From Laspinema olomoucense D3b (GTDB lineage: Bacteria > Cyanobacteriota > Cyanobacteriia > Cyanobacteriales > Laspinemataceae), in assembly GCF_025370785.1 (NCBI RefSeq), contig NZ_JAMXFA010000001.1:299902-337490 (forward strand): a DNA stretch of 37,589 nucleotides, in the 5' to 3' direction. The notes under the pieces were generated by a model. That model searched no databases. It saw only the letters and a program-made list of their open reading frames with translations, and was not told the origin of the DNA. Position numbers and translations under genes: made by a program. Below are positions 10,186-19,004 of the stretch, one piece after another (the stretch's first letter is position 1; every line of letters starts with the position of its first letter).

Positions 10186-10389
10186 GGGGCCGGGTTCTCC
10201 CCAAGTTGATGAACCTTCAGTAAAATAGGTGCAGTGGCGGAGGGACGGGGTATGGATGCGAAGCAGTGGCTCAAGGTGAATCGAATTTTTGGCGGGGATG
10301 GTTTCCATTCCGTACAGAAGCCGACCCCTCTGAACTCAAAGAGGAGTCTGGGGAATTGCCACAGCGGGGTTTGGGGGGAGCGAATTGAT

Positions 10390-11199
10390 TTATCCTTGAC
10401 CGTCAGCAAAGCCCGGATATAAGGTCATCCCGCCATCGACGAAGATGGTTTCTCCATGTACATAGTCTGACTCATCCGAGGCTAACCAGACGGCAACTTT
10501 GGCGATATCTTCGGGAACGCCAATCCGTTTGTAGGGAATCAATTTGAGCAGTGCGGCTTCGTCTTCGGGGGTATCCCAGGCATCTTCATTAATGGGAGTT
10601 TTAATGGCACCGGGGGCAATGCCATTGACGCGGATTTTGTGGCGGGCAACTTCTTGGGCGATACTTTGCATAAACAGTTTGATTCCGCCTTTAGAGGCGG
10701 CATAGTTGGAGTGACCGGCCCAAGGTATCACTTCATGGACGGAACTGATAAAGATAATTTTACCGGCAGCGCGCGATCGCCCTTCAACGATACCCCGGCG
10801 CATAAATTCTTTCACCGCTTCTCGGGTACAGAGAAATGGGCCTGTGAGGTTGACGTCTATGACTTTTTGCCATTGCGCTAGGGTCATATCTACAAGATTT
10901 GCATCTTGCTGAATTCCTGCATTATTGATTAAAATATCAATTGTACCAAACTGTTCACAGAGTTGAGAGAAGATTTTTTGCACATCCTCTTCTTGGCTGA
11001 CATCCCCTTGAATGGCGATCGCCTCCCCGCCCTGGGATGTGATTTCGTCAACCACTTTCTTTGCCCCTTCCGGACTGCTACGATAGTTCACAACTACTTT
11101 CGCCCCAGCCTTTCCCATTCCCAAGGCAATTCCGGCACCAATTCCCGAACTTGAACCCGTCACCAAAACCACTTGATTTTCTAAAATTTTTCCATTCAT
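10390..11199 (-). CDS. SDR-family oxidoreductase, glucose 1-dehydrogenase-like.
   Basis: TGSSSGIG cofactor motif, NNAG, and the S...YxxxK catalytic triad (SSVHE...YAASK); 269 aa. Confidence 0.85.
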   Translation of the reverse strand: MNGKILENQVVLVTGSSSGIGAGIALGMGKAGAKVVVNYRSSPEGAKKVVDEITSQGGEAIAIQGDVSQEEDVQKIFSQLCEQFGTIDILINNAGIQQDANLVDMTLAQWQKVIDVNLTGPFLCTREAVKEFMRRGIVEGRSRAAGKIIFISSVHEVIPWAGHSNYAASKGGIKLFMQSIAQEVARHKIRVNGIAPGAIKTPINEDAWDTPEDEAALLKLIPYKRIGVPEDIAKVAVWLASDESDYVHGETIFVDGGMTLYPGFADGQG

Positions 11200-11414
11200 C
11201 GGCTATTCTCCCAACGCGCAAGGATATTTGAGGATATTAAATTCTGCTTTAGTTTAGGAGGCGGTTCTGTGATTCTGGAACCGCCTACAGATAGAGATGG
11301 ATGCGACAATTCCCGGGAAATTGGGCAAATTCCTCCCTCGTGATTCGGAAATCCGGAGTCAATGCATTAAGATTTCATGTAAAGTTGTGTAACACTGACA
11401 TTTTGCACCTGTGG

Positions 11415-11617
11415 CAACAACCGGCGGGGCAACAACCGGCGGGGCAACAACCGGCGGGGCAACAACCGGCGGGGCAACAACCGGCGGGGGATAAATCCCC
11501 CGCCTCATAGCTAAAGTCGGTTAAAACCGACTAAAAAGCCCACGGTATCAGACTTGCAGTCGGTTTTAACCGACTTAAGTTGTTAGGCGGGGGTTTGAAC
11601 CCCCGCCGGTTGTTGCT
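11415..11617. repeat. Nested palindromic element. Five tandem copies of the 15-mer CAACAACCGGCGGGG, then four hairpins in mirror order, ending with the inverted 15-mer.
   Basis: Tandem copies at 11415-11489. Hairpins ggcggggg/cccccgcc (11483-11504), agtcggtt-aa-aaccgact, agtcggtt-tt-aaccgact and ggcggggg/cccccgcc (11587-11608), followed by ggttgttgc (the reverse complement of gcaacaacc). Confidence 0.7.
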
Positions 11618-11668
11618 ACTCGGGGGTCATTCCCTAAAATTACAGAAAAAAGGTGTATTAAACTAACT

Positions 11669-12931
11669 ATGCTCCCAATTTGGATTGCAACAGTAGCGTG
11701 GGGACTCGGTTCTATTCTATGGGCGGAACTGGTACGAGATTTGTATCATGCTTTTGCCCATGTTTGGCAACCTCTCTATCGCTTGCACGTTTGGCATCAT
11801 CGCGTTTTTCGTCCGAATCTCACCCCAGCGAGTGAAGAGATTTATCAACAAGCGCATTGGCGCAATGACGTACCCGAGGCCCTGGTGATGCTGGGGTTTG
11901 GGCTGTTGTGGTGGTTAGGGGCCTATCTGGTTCTTCCGAGTTACCATTGGGTTGCTGGGATTGGTTGTCTTTATACCCTCAGCTTTTTAGGCAGTGCGAT
12001 CGCCCGGGGTTCGGGAGTTCCAGGGGCCGATCGCCTCACGGATTTGACTCACCAACCGGGTCCTTTTGCCACTCCACCCTCGCGATGGTTTGTGAATCGT
12101 CCCTACCATTGGCGACACCACTTTGATAACCAAAATGCTTACTTTTGCGGGACGTTTACTTTTATAGACAAACTTATGGGAACTGCACTTTCCCTCAAAG
12201 GCAAAACCGTAGCGGTGACTGGGGCCTCTGGAACCCTGGGGCGATCGCTGTTGTTGCATCTCCATGAAGCAGGGGCCAAAGTTATCGCCCTCACCTCTGG
12301 CAACGAGGCAGTCGCCTTAACCCTAGAGTCAGAAACCCTGGAGGTGAATACCGTTACCTGGCAAATCGGTCAAGAAAATGACTTAGCGGCGTTATTTGAA
12401 AAGGTCGATATTCTCATCCTCAATCATGGCATGAATGTCAATGGCGATCGCACCCCAGAGGCGATCGCCACTTCCTATCAAGTCAACGCCTTTTCTGCAT
12501 GGCGTTTGATGGAACTATTTTTCACCACCGTTCGTACTAATCAAGACATCGCCCGCAAAGAAGTCTGGGTTAACACATCCGAAGCAGAATCCAATCCTGC
12601 CTTTAGTCCCCTGTACGAACTCACCAAACGCACCCTTGGGGATTTAGTCACCTTGCGCCGATTAGATGCACCTTGCATCGTTAGAAAATTGATTCTTGGC
12701 CCCTTTAAAAGCAACCTCAATCCTATTGGGGTCATGTCTGCCGATTGGGTTGCTAAACAAATCGTCAAACAAGCTAAAGCGGATAATCGGAACATCATCG
12801 TCACCATTAATCCCCTGACTTTTATTACCTTTCCCATCAAAGAACTGTTGAACTCAGTTTACTTTAAACTGTTTAGCCGTCCAGGGATTAAGGTAAGCCA
12901 ACCCCCAGAAACAAACCACTCCTTGCCCTAA
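11669..12931 (+). CDS. Bifunctional fatty-acid hydroxylase/sterol-desaturase-like membrane domain fused to an SDR dehydrogenase.
   Basis: N-terminal half has three histidine boxes (HAFAH, HVWHH, HWRHH) in hydrophobic segments. C-terminal half has TGASGTLG and SDR-like catalytic residues. 420 aa. Confidence 0.8.
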   Translation: MLPIWIATVAWGLGSILWAELVRDLYHAFAHVWQPLYRLHVWHHRVFRPNLTPASEEIYQQAHWRNDVPEALVMLGFGLLWWLGAYLVLPSYHWVAGIGCLYTLSFLGSAIARGSGVPGADRLTDLTHQPGPFATPPSRWFVNRPYHWRHHFDNQNAYFCGTFTFIDKLMGTALSLKGKTVAVTGASGTLGRSLLLHLHEAGAKVIALTSGNEAVALTLESETLEVNTVTWQIGQENDLAALFEKVDILILNHGMNVNGDRTPEAIATSYQVNAFSAWRLMELFFTTVRTNQDIARKEVWVNTSEAESNPAFSPLYELTKRTLGDLVTLRRLDAPCIVRKLILGPFKSNLNPIGVMSADWVAKQIVKQAKADNRNIIVTINPLTFITFPIKELLNSVYFKLFSRPGIKVSQPPETNHSLP

Positions 12932-12989
12932 CCAGGTGGGGGACCTCAAACGAAGCAACCCCCTACAGCATAGGACAAGCCACCGTTCC

Positions 12990-15110
12990 TAATCCCCGAC
13001 TCAAAACCAACAATCCCGCCGGTATTTCTACCAGCGGGATTGCCTGTTATTTTGCTTTATTAAAAAGACCTAACGGCCTGTCTTATCAGCACCTAGCTCG
13101 GTGCGCTTTCTTATGTTTTTAATATAACTGAATTGTCCAGGAAAGTTTATACCTCTAAGGATAGAACCTGTTGCTACCTCTGGGGAGCATCTCTAAGCTA
13201 CTTCTCCCTATAAACACTCAGCCTTGAGGATGTGAGCTTTTACTCCTACTCAGGGATAAAATCTCCCTCAAAATCAACAATCCCGCCAGAAGATTTCTAG
13301 CGGGATTGCCTATTATTTTGCTTTATTAAAAAGACCTGACGGCCTGTCTTATAAGCACCTATCTTGGTGCGCTTTCTTATGTTCTTAATATAACTGAATT
13401 GTCCGAGAAAGTTTATCCCCCTAAAGATAGAACCTGTTGCTACCTCTAGGGATAAGCGCCCACCCTTTTAGGAACTCCTTCATCAGGCATTCACGGTTTT
13501 AAAGTCCCTGTGCTCTTCAGCCCGGGTTGGGGGCTTTGTTCCTGTAATTGCACCCTTAAATTTGTCGGCTTTTACTGGGATTAACCAGAAAATTCCTGGG
13601 TGAAAATCAACAATCCCGCCAGAGGATTTCTAGCGGGATTGTCTGTTATTTTAATTTATTAAAAAGACCTGACGGCCTGTCTTATCAGCACCTATCTCGG
13701 TGCGCTTTCTTATGTTCTTAATGTACCCGAACTCTAGGGCAAAGTTTATCCCCCTACAGATAGAACCTGCTTCTACCTCTTCCGGTAGCCTCTTGGTAGC
13801 AACGACACCTCCCCGAGATTGCGGTTGGGAACATAAAACTATCAACTCCTAGAAACCAACAATCCCGCTAGAAGATTTCTACCGGGATTGTCTCTTATCT
13901 TGATTTATAATCTGGGCTTACTAAAAAGGCCGAGGGCCTGTGTTATGAGCACCTATCTCGGTGCGGTTTCTTATGCTCTTACTTTATCTGAAGCTTGAGG
14001 GAAAGTTTATCTATCTACAGGTAGAACCTGCTTCTCCCCTTCCAGACGCCTCTTAGTAGTAATAAACACACTGCTAAATTGCTGTCTGAGAACAGAAATC
14101 ATCAACTCCTCAAAATCAACAATCCCGCCAGAGGTTTTCTAGCGGGATTGTCTCTTATCTTGATTTATAATCTGGGCTTGTTAAAAAGGCCGAGGGCCTG
14201 TGTTATGAACACCTATCTTGGTGCGGTTTCTTATGCTCTTAATATAGCCGAACCTGGAGAGGCGGTTTATCTATCTACAGATAGAACCTGCGGCTACCTC
14301 TTCTAGCGGGCAAGGACCCTCTCCACTGGCGATCGCCTGGGGCAATGCCAGTCAACCCCTCAAAATCAACAATCCCGCCAGAGGTTTTCTAGCGGGATTG
14401 TCTCTTATCTTGATTGATTAAATCGGGTTACTAAAAAGACCTGGAGGTCTGTGTTATGAGCACCTATCTCGGTGCGGTTTCTTATGTTCTTACTTTATCT
14501 GAAGCTGGAGGGAAAGTTCATCTATCTACAGGTAGAACCTGCTTCTCCCCCTTCCAGACGCCTCTTAGTAGTAATAAACACACTGCTAAATTGCTGCCTG
14601 AGAACAGAAATCATCAACTCCTCAAAATCAACAATCCCGCCAGAGGTTTTCTAGCGGGATTGTCTCTTATCTTGATTTATAATCGGGGCTTACTAAAAAG
14701 GCCGAGGGCCTGTGTTATGAGCACCTATCTCGGTGCGGTTTCTTATGCTCTTACTTTATCGGAAGCTTGAGGGAAAGTTTATCTATCCACAGGTAGAACC
14801 TGCGGCTACCTCTTCTGGTAGAGAATTATTGTCCCCTTATCGAGGCATTTCACTAAACCTCCCTTTCACTCGATTTAAACTGTATAGCATACCCTACAAG
14901 GAAACCCTAAAGACTAACAATCCCACCAATGTTGCCACAGGTGGGATTGTCTCTTAATCTATATTTTTTAAAAAGACCAGGGGTCTATGTTATGAGCACC
15001 AGAATCTCGGTGCGGTTTCTTATGTTTTTAATGTATCTGAATTTTTTAGAAGATTTATCCCTCTACCGATAGAACCTGCCTCTGTTCCCGGGGATAACCT
15101 GTGGTGGTTC
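12990..15110. repeat. Tandem array of eight units (about 240-330 bp). Each has a conserved core of roughly 160 bp with three hairpins, plus a variable tail of 70-160 bp. Candidate structured-RNA gene array, or ssDNA hairpin/origin array next to the primase gene.
   Basis: Hairpin A starts near 13010, 13277, 13611, 13860, 14120, 14362, 14633 and 14920: ACAATCCCGCC, a 12-nt loop, then GGCGGGATTGT. The last copy carries the compensatory variant CCCACC...GGTGGG. Hairpin B varies as GGCC-gag-GGCC, GACC-tgga-GGTC, GACC-agg-GGTC and aagac...gtctt, so pairing is kept while the sequence changes. Hairpin C is GCACC-tatctc-GGTGC followed by GGTTTCTTATG. No ORF is conserved across the units. Confidence 0.8.
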
Positions 15111-15341
15111 AAATTTGGGTCTGGTCCTGGTCCCACTCGGACCCTATTTGTCATCCATTGCCGCGATCGCCACAATAATCCATGCAACAATTCCTGCCAA
15201 CTCGGGCTTAATCTCGGATACCATCGACCTCTAGGGACCTTTAATATTAGAAACCGCTATAAATAGACCTGAAAATCGGGTCTCTCCCTCCAGTTGTGAT
15301 TGAGTCAGAAACCCGACTTTAATGCAAAATTCTCCCTAAAA

Positions 15342-17807
15342 TTAAGGATTATGCCACTTTAAACCCGTCAAAAATGTGCCTTGTTCATCCCCGCCTTTTT
15401 TCGCTTTTGGAAACATAGACAGGAGACGAACCGGGACCTGATTTAGGGTTTTGCAATGCCGATCGCTGGCAGAGGGTAAGTCATACCACAGCAGTTTCTC
15501 CCGAGCGCGATCGCTGACTTCTACCTGTAAAATCCCCGTATCCTGATACCATTGCCGCAACTTTTGCCAAATCTCTTGGACATAAACCCGAGAATCTGGG
15601 TCCTCCACTAACCCCGAATCCTTGACAAATTGCCACAAATGTTCCGAAGCGCATTGGATTTGGGTCATCGCTTCTTGGGTAGGACTATAGTCAATCCCAT
15701 CACGCATCAACCGTTGTAACGCCTCCAAGAGGCGGTTCAAATAAGCAGGCAGCACTTTGGATTTTAAAAACTCCGGGTCATATTTGAATCGGGGATCCGC
15801 TGGCAATTCCCCGCGTCGGGGGTTGGGGTTGACGGCAAAAGTTTTAGTAAACGGCAACACCGCATAGCGACTGCGAATTGCTTCCATGACTCCCGCTAGT
15901 TCCGGGATATCGTTCCAATTAAAGATAAACACCGCATTAATCGCCGTTTCATAATCATCTTTGCCTTTGCGTTCAATCACAAAGGACCGATCGCCGGTAA
16001 TGGCAATTTTCAAGCATTGCAGGCGGTCCAGGGCCTCAGCATTGCGATTTTCTGAGGGCCAATTCACCCGGGACCCTTCCAATCGGGCAACGGGAAACAA
16101 CCGTCCGCGATCGGCTTGTTCAAAGGCTTCCACGGAAACCGAGGTCAATCCCTGATAGCCATACAGCATTGCTGTGACTTCCCGCAAACTATCCTTCCCA
16201 TTGTTGCCATCCCCTTTGGCAAGTAATGCTTTAACCATTCGTCCTTTTAACCGGCGGACCGATTCTAAATCCAGGGATGCCGCAATGGTTTTTAGGAAAA
16301 TATCCCGATATTGGGGTTCCAGACATTCCAGGAGACGATCGCAATCCGTCGGATCCGCCTCCGGGTCATACGTCACCAAAGGTTGATACAGATAAAAATG
16401 CTGGCGGGGGTCATGGGGGACCAGTTTCCAGGAGGGCTGGCCCTTGCGAGTAAACGAGAGTTGGAGAACCCCATTGGTGCAATTGAGTCCTGGGGGATTC
16501 ACCCGTCCCGGGGCGATCGCAAACATCAATTTCACCCATTCCAGGGCTTTCTTCACACTGCTGGAACTGGCGTAAGGATAGCGAATCTGCCCTTTAACAT
16601 CAATGGGAAAGGAATTGCAAAATTGCGTAATCCGATAAAGTTCTACGGCATTCGGGGAGGCTTCGTAGTAGGTCCCCTGCCATGCATAGAGGGTATTGTT
16701 GACGCAAATCCACGGGCGATCGCCATAAAGGAACTTGACAATCGCCTGGTTAAACTCCACCACCGGAAAAAAGCTATCGTAACTCTCCGTTTCCAGAGTC
16801 TGGGAGTTCCGCTGAGTCCCTTGGCGAATCACTCCCTCTAACCGTTGAATCAAATCTGAGGGAATTGCCGAATTTTCCAGCATTTCCCGAATATCGCCCT
16901 TTTCCGGCAACTCGGGATCAATCTGCGTCGGGTCCAATTCCAAACAGGGAACGCCCACTTTCGCTGCTGCTGCCGCCACCTTCGCCGCCTTTTTCCGCCC
17001 AGTTTCATCGCGATCGGGGAGGACGGCGATCGTTGCCTTCTCATTGGCATGACGCAAGCGAATCAAAAAACTCTCGATTTCCACATCCGTCCAGGCGCTA
17101 CCTTGAAACGTCACCGCAGCTAACCCCAAAGTTCGGGCAATTTCCACACAGCCTTCCCCTTCCAGCAATAACAACACGGGAAACCCTTCCACAACACGGG
17201 CGCTGGCTGCTAATGCCTCCGTTTCCCGATAGGCTTTCCAGGGGTCATTGCCTTTACTCCAAATCGGCAATCCATCCTCATTCAGGTGACATTGGCGAAA
17301 GGTTTTTTTATGACCTTTGCGCTGTTTGGGGTCCAGCCATTCAAACCGATACACCACCTGAGTCTCGCTGTAGTGGTAACGGATTTCCACCGCATGATTC
17401 GGGACCCCTTTCGGCTGAAAGGAGAGTTTTTGGGATTTAGGCGGGATACCGGGTTGGCGCAACCTTGCTAAAACCGGCTGTCCCTCGGGGAAGAGGGCGG
17501 GTTTAAAGGATTTTTGGGCGGTTTTTTGCCGGGTTGATCCCGGGGAAATACTTGTGGGGCGATCGCCCAAGGTGGCGCGAATGTCTTTACATTCGCACCC
17601 ATTCCAGCATTGATAAGCCCCGCTTTGGGGATCAACCGTTAGATTATTTCCCTGACAGACTGGGCAAATATAGCGATTTTTCTTTCCAGCCACGGGTTCT
17701 AAGGTTTCTACCCAGTTGAGCATATTAAATGGACTCCCACTGGCAACTTTGACAGATGCAGACAGGAATTCAGCGCTGATGCTGGCATCACGGGTAGAAT
17801 TGAACAC
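15342..17807 (-). CDS. Primase/replication protein of the P4-family or CyRepA type: N-terminal zinc finger, Toprim-like domain, C-terminal P-loop NTPase (D5_N/primase-C).
   Basis: CPVCQG...CWNGCEC zinc ribbon. Toprim acidic motifs (LLLLEGEGCVE, VLPDRDETGRKKA). Walker-A-like GDGNNGKD inside a phage/plasmid primase C-terminal domain. GTG start with AAGGAG 6 nt upstream. 821 aa. Confidence 0.7.
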   Translation of the reverse strand: MFNSTRDASISAEFLSASVKVASGSPFNMLNWVETLEPVAGKKNRYICPVCQGNNLTVDPQSGAYQCWNGCECKDIRATLGDRPTSISPGSTRQKTAQKSFKPALFPEGQPVLARLRQPGIPPKSQKLSFQPKGVPNHAVEIRYHYSETQVVYRFEWLDPKQRKGHKKTFRQCHLNEDGLPIWSKGNDPWKAYRETEALAASARVVEGFPVLLLLEGEGCVEIARTLGLAAVTFQGSAWTDVEIESFLIRLRHANEKATIAVLPDRDETGRKKAAKVAAAAAKVGVPCLELDPTQIDPELPEKGDIREMLENSAIPSDLIQRLEGVIRQGTQRNSQTLETESYDSFFPVVEFNQAIVKFLYGDRPWICVNNTLYAWQGTYYEASPNAVELYRITQFCNSFPIDVKGQIRYPYASSSSVKKALEWVKLMFAIAPGRVNPPGLNCTNGVLQLSFTRKGQPSWKLVPHDPRQHFYLYQPLVTYDPEADPTDCDRLLECLEPQYRDIFLKTIAASLDLESVRRLKGRMVKALLAKGDGNNGKDSLREVTAMLYGYQGLTSVSVEAFEQADRGRLFPVARLEGSRVNWPSENRNAEALDRLQCLKIAITGDRSFVIERKGKDDYETAINAVFIFNWNDIPELAGVMEAIRSRYAVLPFTKTFAVNPNPRRGELPADPRFKYDPEFLKSKVLPAYLNRLLEALQRLMRDGIDYSPTQEAMTQIQCASEHLWQFVKDSGLVEDPDSRVYVQEIWQKLRQWYQDTGILQVEVSDRAREKLLWYDLPSASDRHCKTLNQVPVRLLSMFPKAKKGGDEQGTFLTGLKWHNP

Positions 17808-18591
17808 GATGGGCTCCTTAACTGAGGGTTTACAAGATACCAGGGCGTTCCACGCCTAAACTGGGATTTTCAGGGAATGGTCAAATTGAATCAATAGGGC
17901 GATCGCCCGTCTTACCCAGACTGGCAATAGCGAACTGTCTTACGGGTAAATACGGGGGGATTCCCTCCCAACGCGCCCTTATCGTTTAGGGTCTGGCATG
18001 GGGACTCATGGATCATCGGGGACCGTTTCCAGCCCCTTTGTCTTACAGGTTCTGCGTCGAATGCTCTAGAATTGCATAATCGCAATCGAACATAAGATAA
18101 TTGCAAAGATTACAAAGGGGTCTCTCCTGATCGGTTCTCCAGTACCACGGGAAAAAATAATACCACTTTTGTCCGAGTCTCCACCATAAAAATAAGATAA
18201 AGTCTCGGTCCTTTTTCCTAGCCAAATTAAGGCCCTCTCGGGACCCTCTTCCTTCACGGTCCGCACTCTGCAATCCCCATCCCTGGGACTCCCCAGGCAT
18301 CGATCAGTAATCCGGAATCTGCAATGCGATCGCCTTCTCCCGGGGGTCCTTCTCTGCGGTATCTCCACCCCAGCGATCGGGCTTTCATCTCACTTTCATC
18401 CGCAGCAAGTTTGCTGATAGTGATTTGCCTTCCCATTCAGTTCCCCTCCGGTCCCCTCCCCTTGCCAAGGTAGGTCTGTTTCATTCTCAAGGCCAAATTG
18501 ATTTTTGTGTTGTCGCTAACCTTTGTCTGGCGGGGGATACAGACTGCTTTTCCTAGTTGCGAGCCTCAAAAGTAGGAAATAAGGTCGAAAA

Positions 18592-18893
18592 CCCTTGGTC
18601 TGTAACGCTTACGGTATCGGGGAAATTTTAGAATGAAACAGCCCTACCCCTCAGAAGGAGGGTATTTACCACCCCGCCCCTTCGGGGCACCCCTCCAGAG
18701 GAGGGGAATTTACCACCCCGCCCCTTCGGGGCACCCCTCCAGAGGAGGGGAATTTTGGGGCATATTCCCCTCCCTTGGAGGGGTGCCCCAAAGGGGCGGG
18801 GTGGTTAGTTTAAACTTAAGAAATCAGGCCGAAAACTCTTGTTCCGTAAAGCTTACGGGGTAAGGAAAATTTTAGAATGAAACAGCCCTACCC
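18592..18893. repeat. Composite repeat. Two roughly 65-bp direct repeats flank two direct copies and one inverted copy of a 44-bp hairpin-rich unit.
   Basis: Flanks at 18592-18650 and 18826-18893 share '...ttacgg...ggaaaattttagaatgaaacagccctaccc'. The inner unit 'accaccccgccccttcggggcacccctccagaggaggggaattt' occurs directly twice (18668-18755) and as a reverse complement (18764-18805). Confidence 0.65.
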
Positions 18894-19004
18894 TTGGCCA
18901 GGGGAGGGTTAGGGTGGGGTCCCTCTGTGAACAGGAAAGCGCGATCGCCCTATTTTGCCAAAGGGATGGGACCGCTGAAGTCGTTACGACAAACAGTTAA
19001 ATGC

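Noticed and set aside
11301-11510. ORF encoding (QQPAG)x5.
   Set aside because: It is a translation artefact of the 15-bp tandem DNA repeat. There is no RBS, and it lies inside the palindromic intergenic element.
14079-14957. ORFs of 60-104 aa inside the tandem array (14079-14306, 14456-14770, 14472-14654, 14733-14957).
   Set aside because: They span unit boundaries. Their start and stop positions differ between otherwise near-identical units: MSTYLGAVSYALTLSEA stops after 17 aa in two copies and reads through in others, and copies 1-3 have no ATG. The units therefore do not encode a conserved peptide.
12990-15110. CRISPR array interpretation of the tandem units.
   Set aside because: The conserved part is about 160 bp with three different hairpins, far longer than any CRISPR repeat. 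The variable parts are unequal in length, and no cas genes are nearby.
15095-15125. tRNA-like T-arm strings: 'ggttcaaat' here and 'ggttcaagtc' at 26428.
   Set aside because: No acceptor stem, D-arm or anticodon arm can be drawn around either. No tRNA, tmRNA or rRNA is evident anywhere in the window.
18633-18863. 76-aa Pro/Gly-rich ORF, and an 11-aa sibling starting at the second repeat copy.
   Set aside because: Its low-complexity translation comes from the GC-rich hairpin repeats. The second copy of the same start context terminates after 11 codons, so the coding potential is not conserved.
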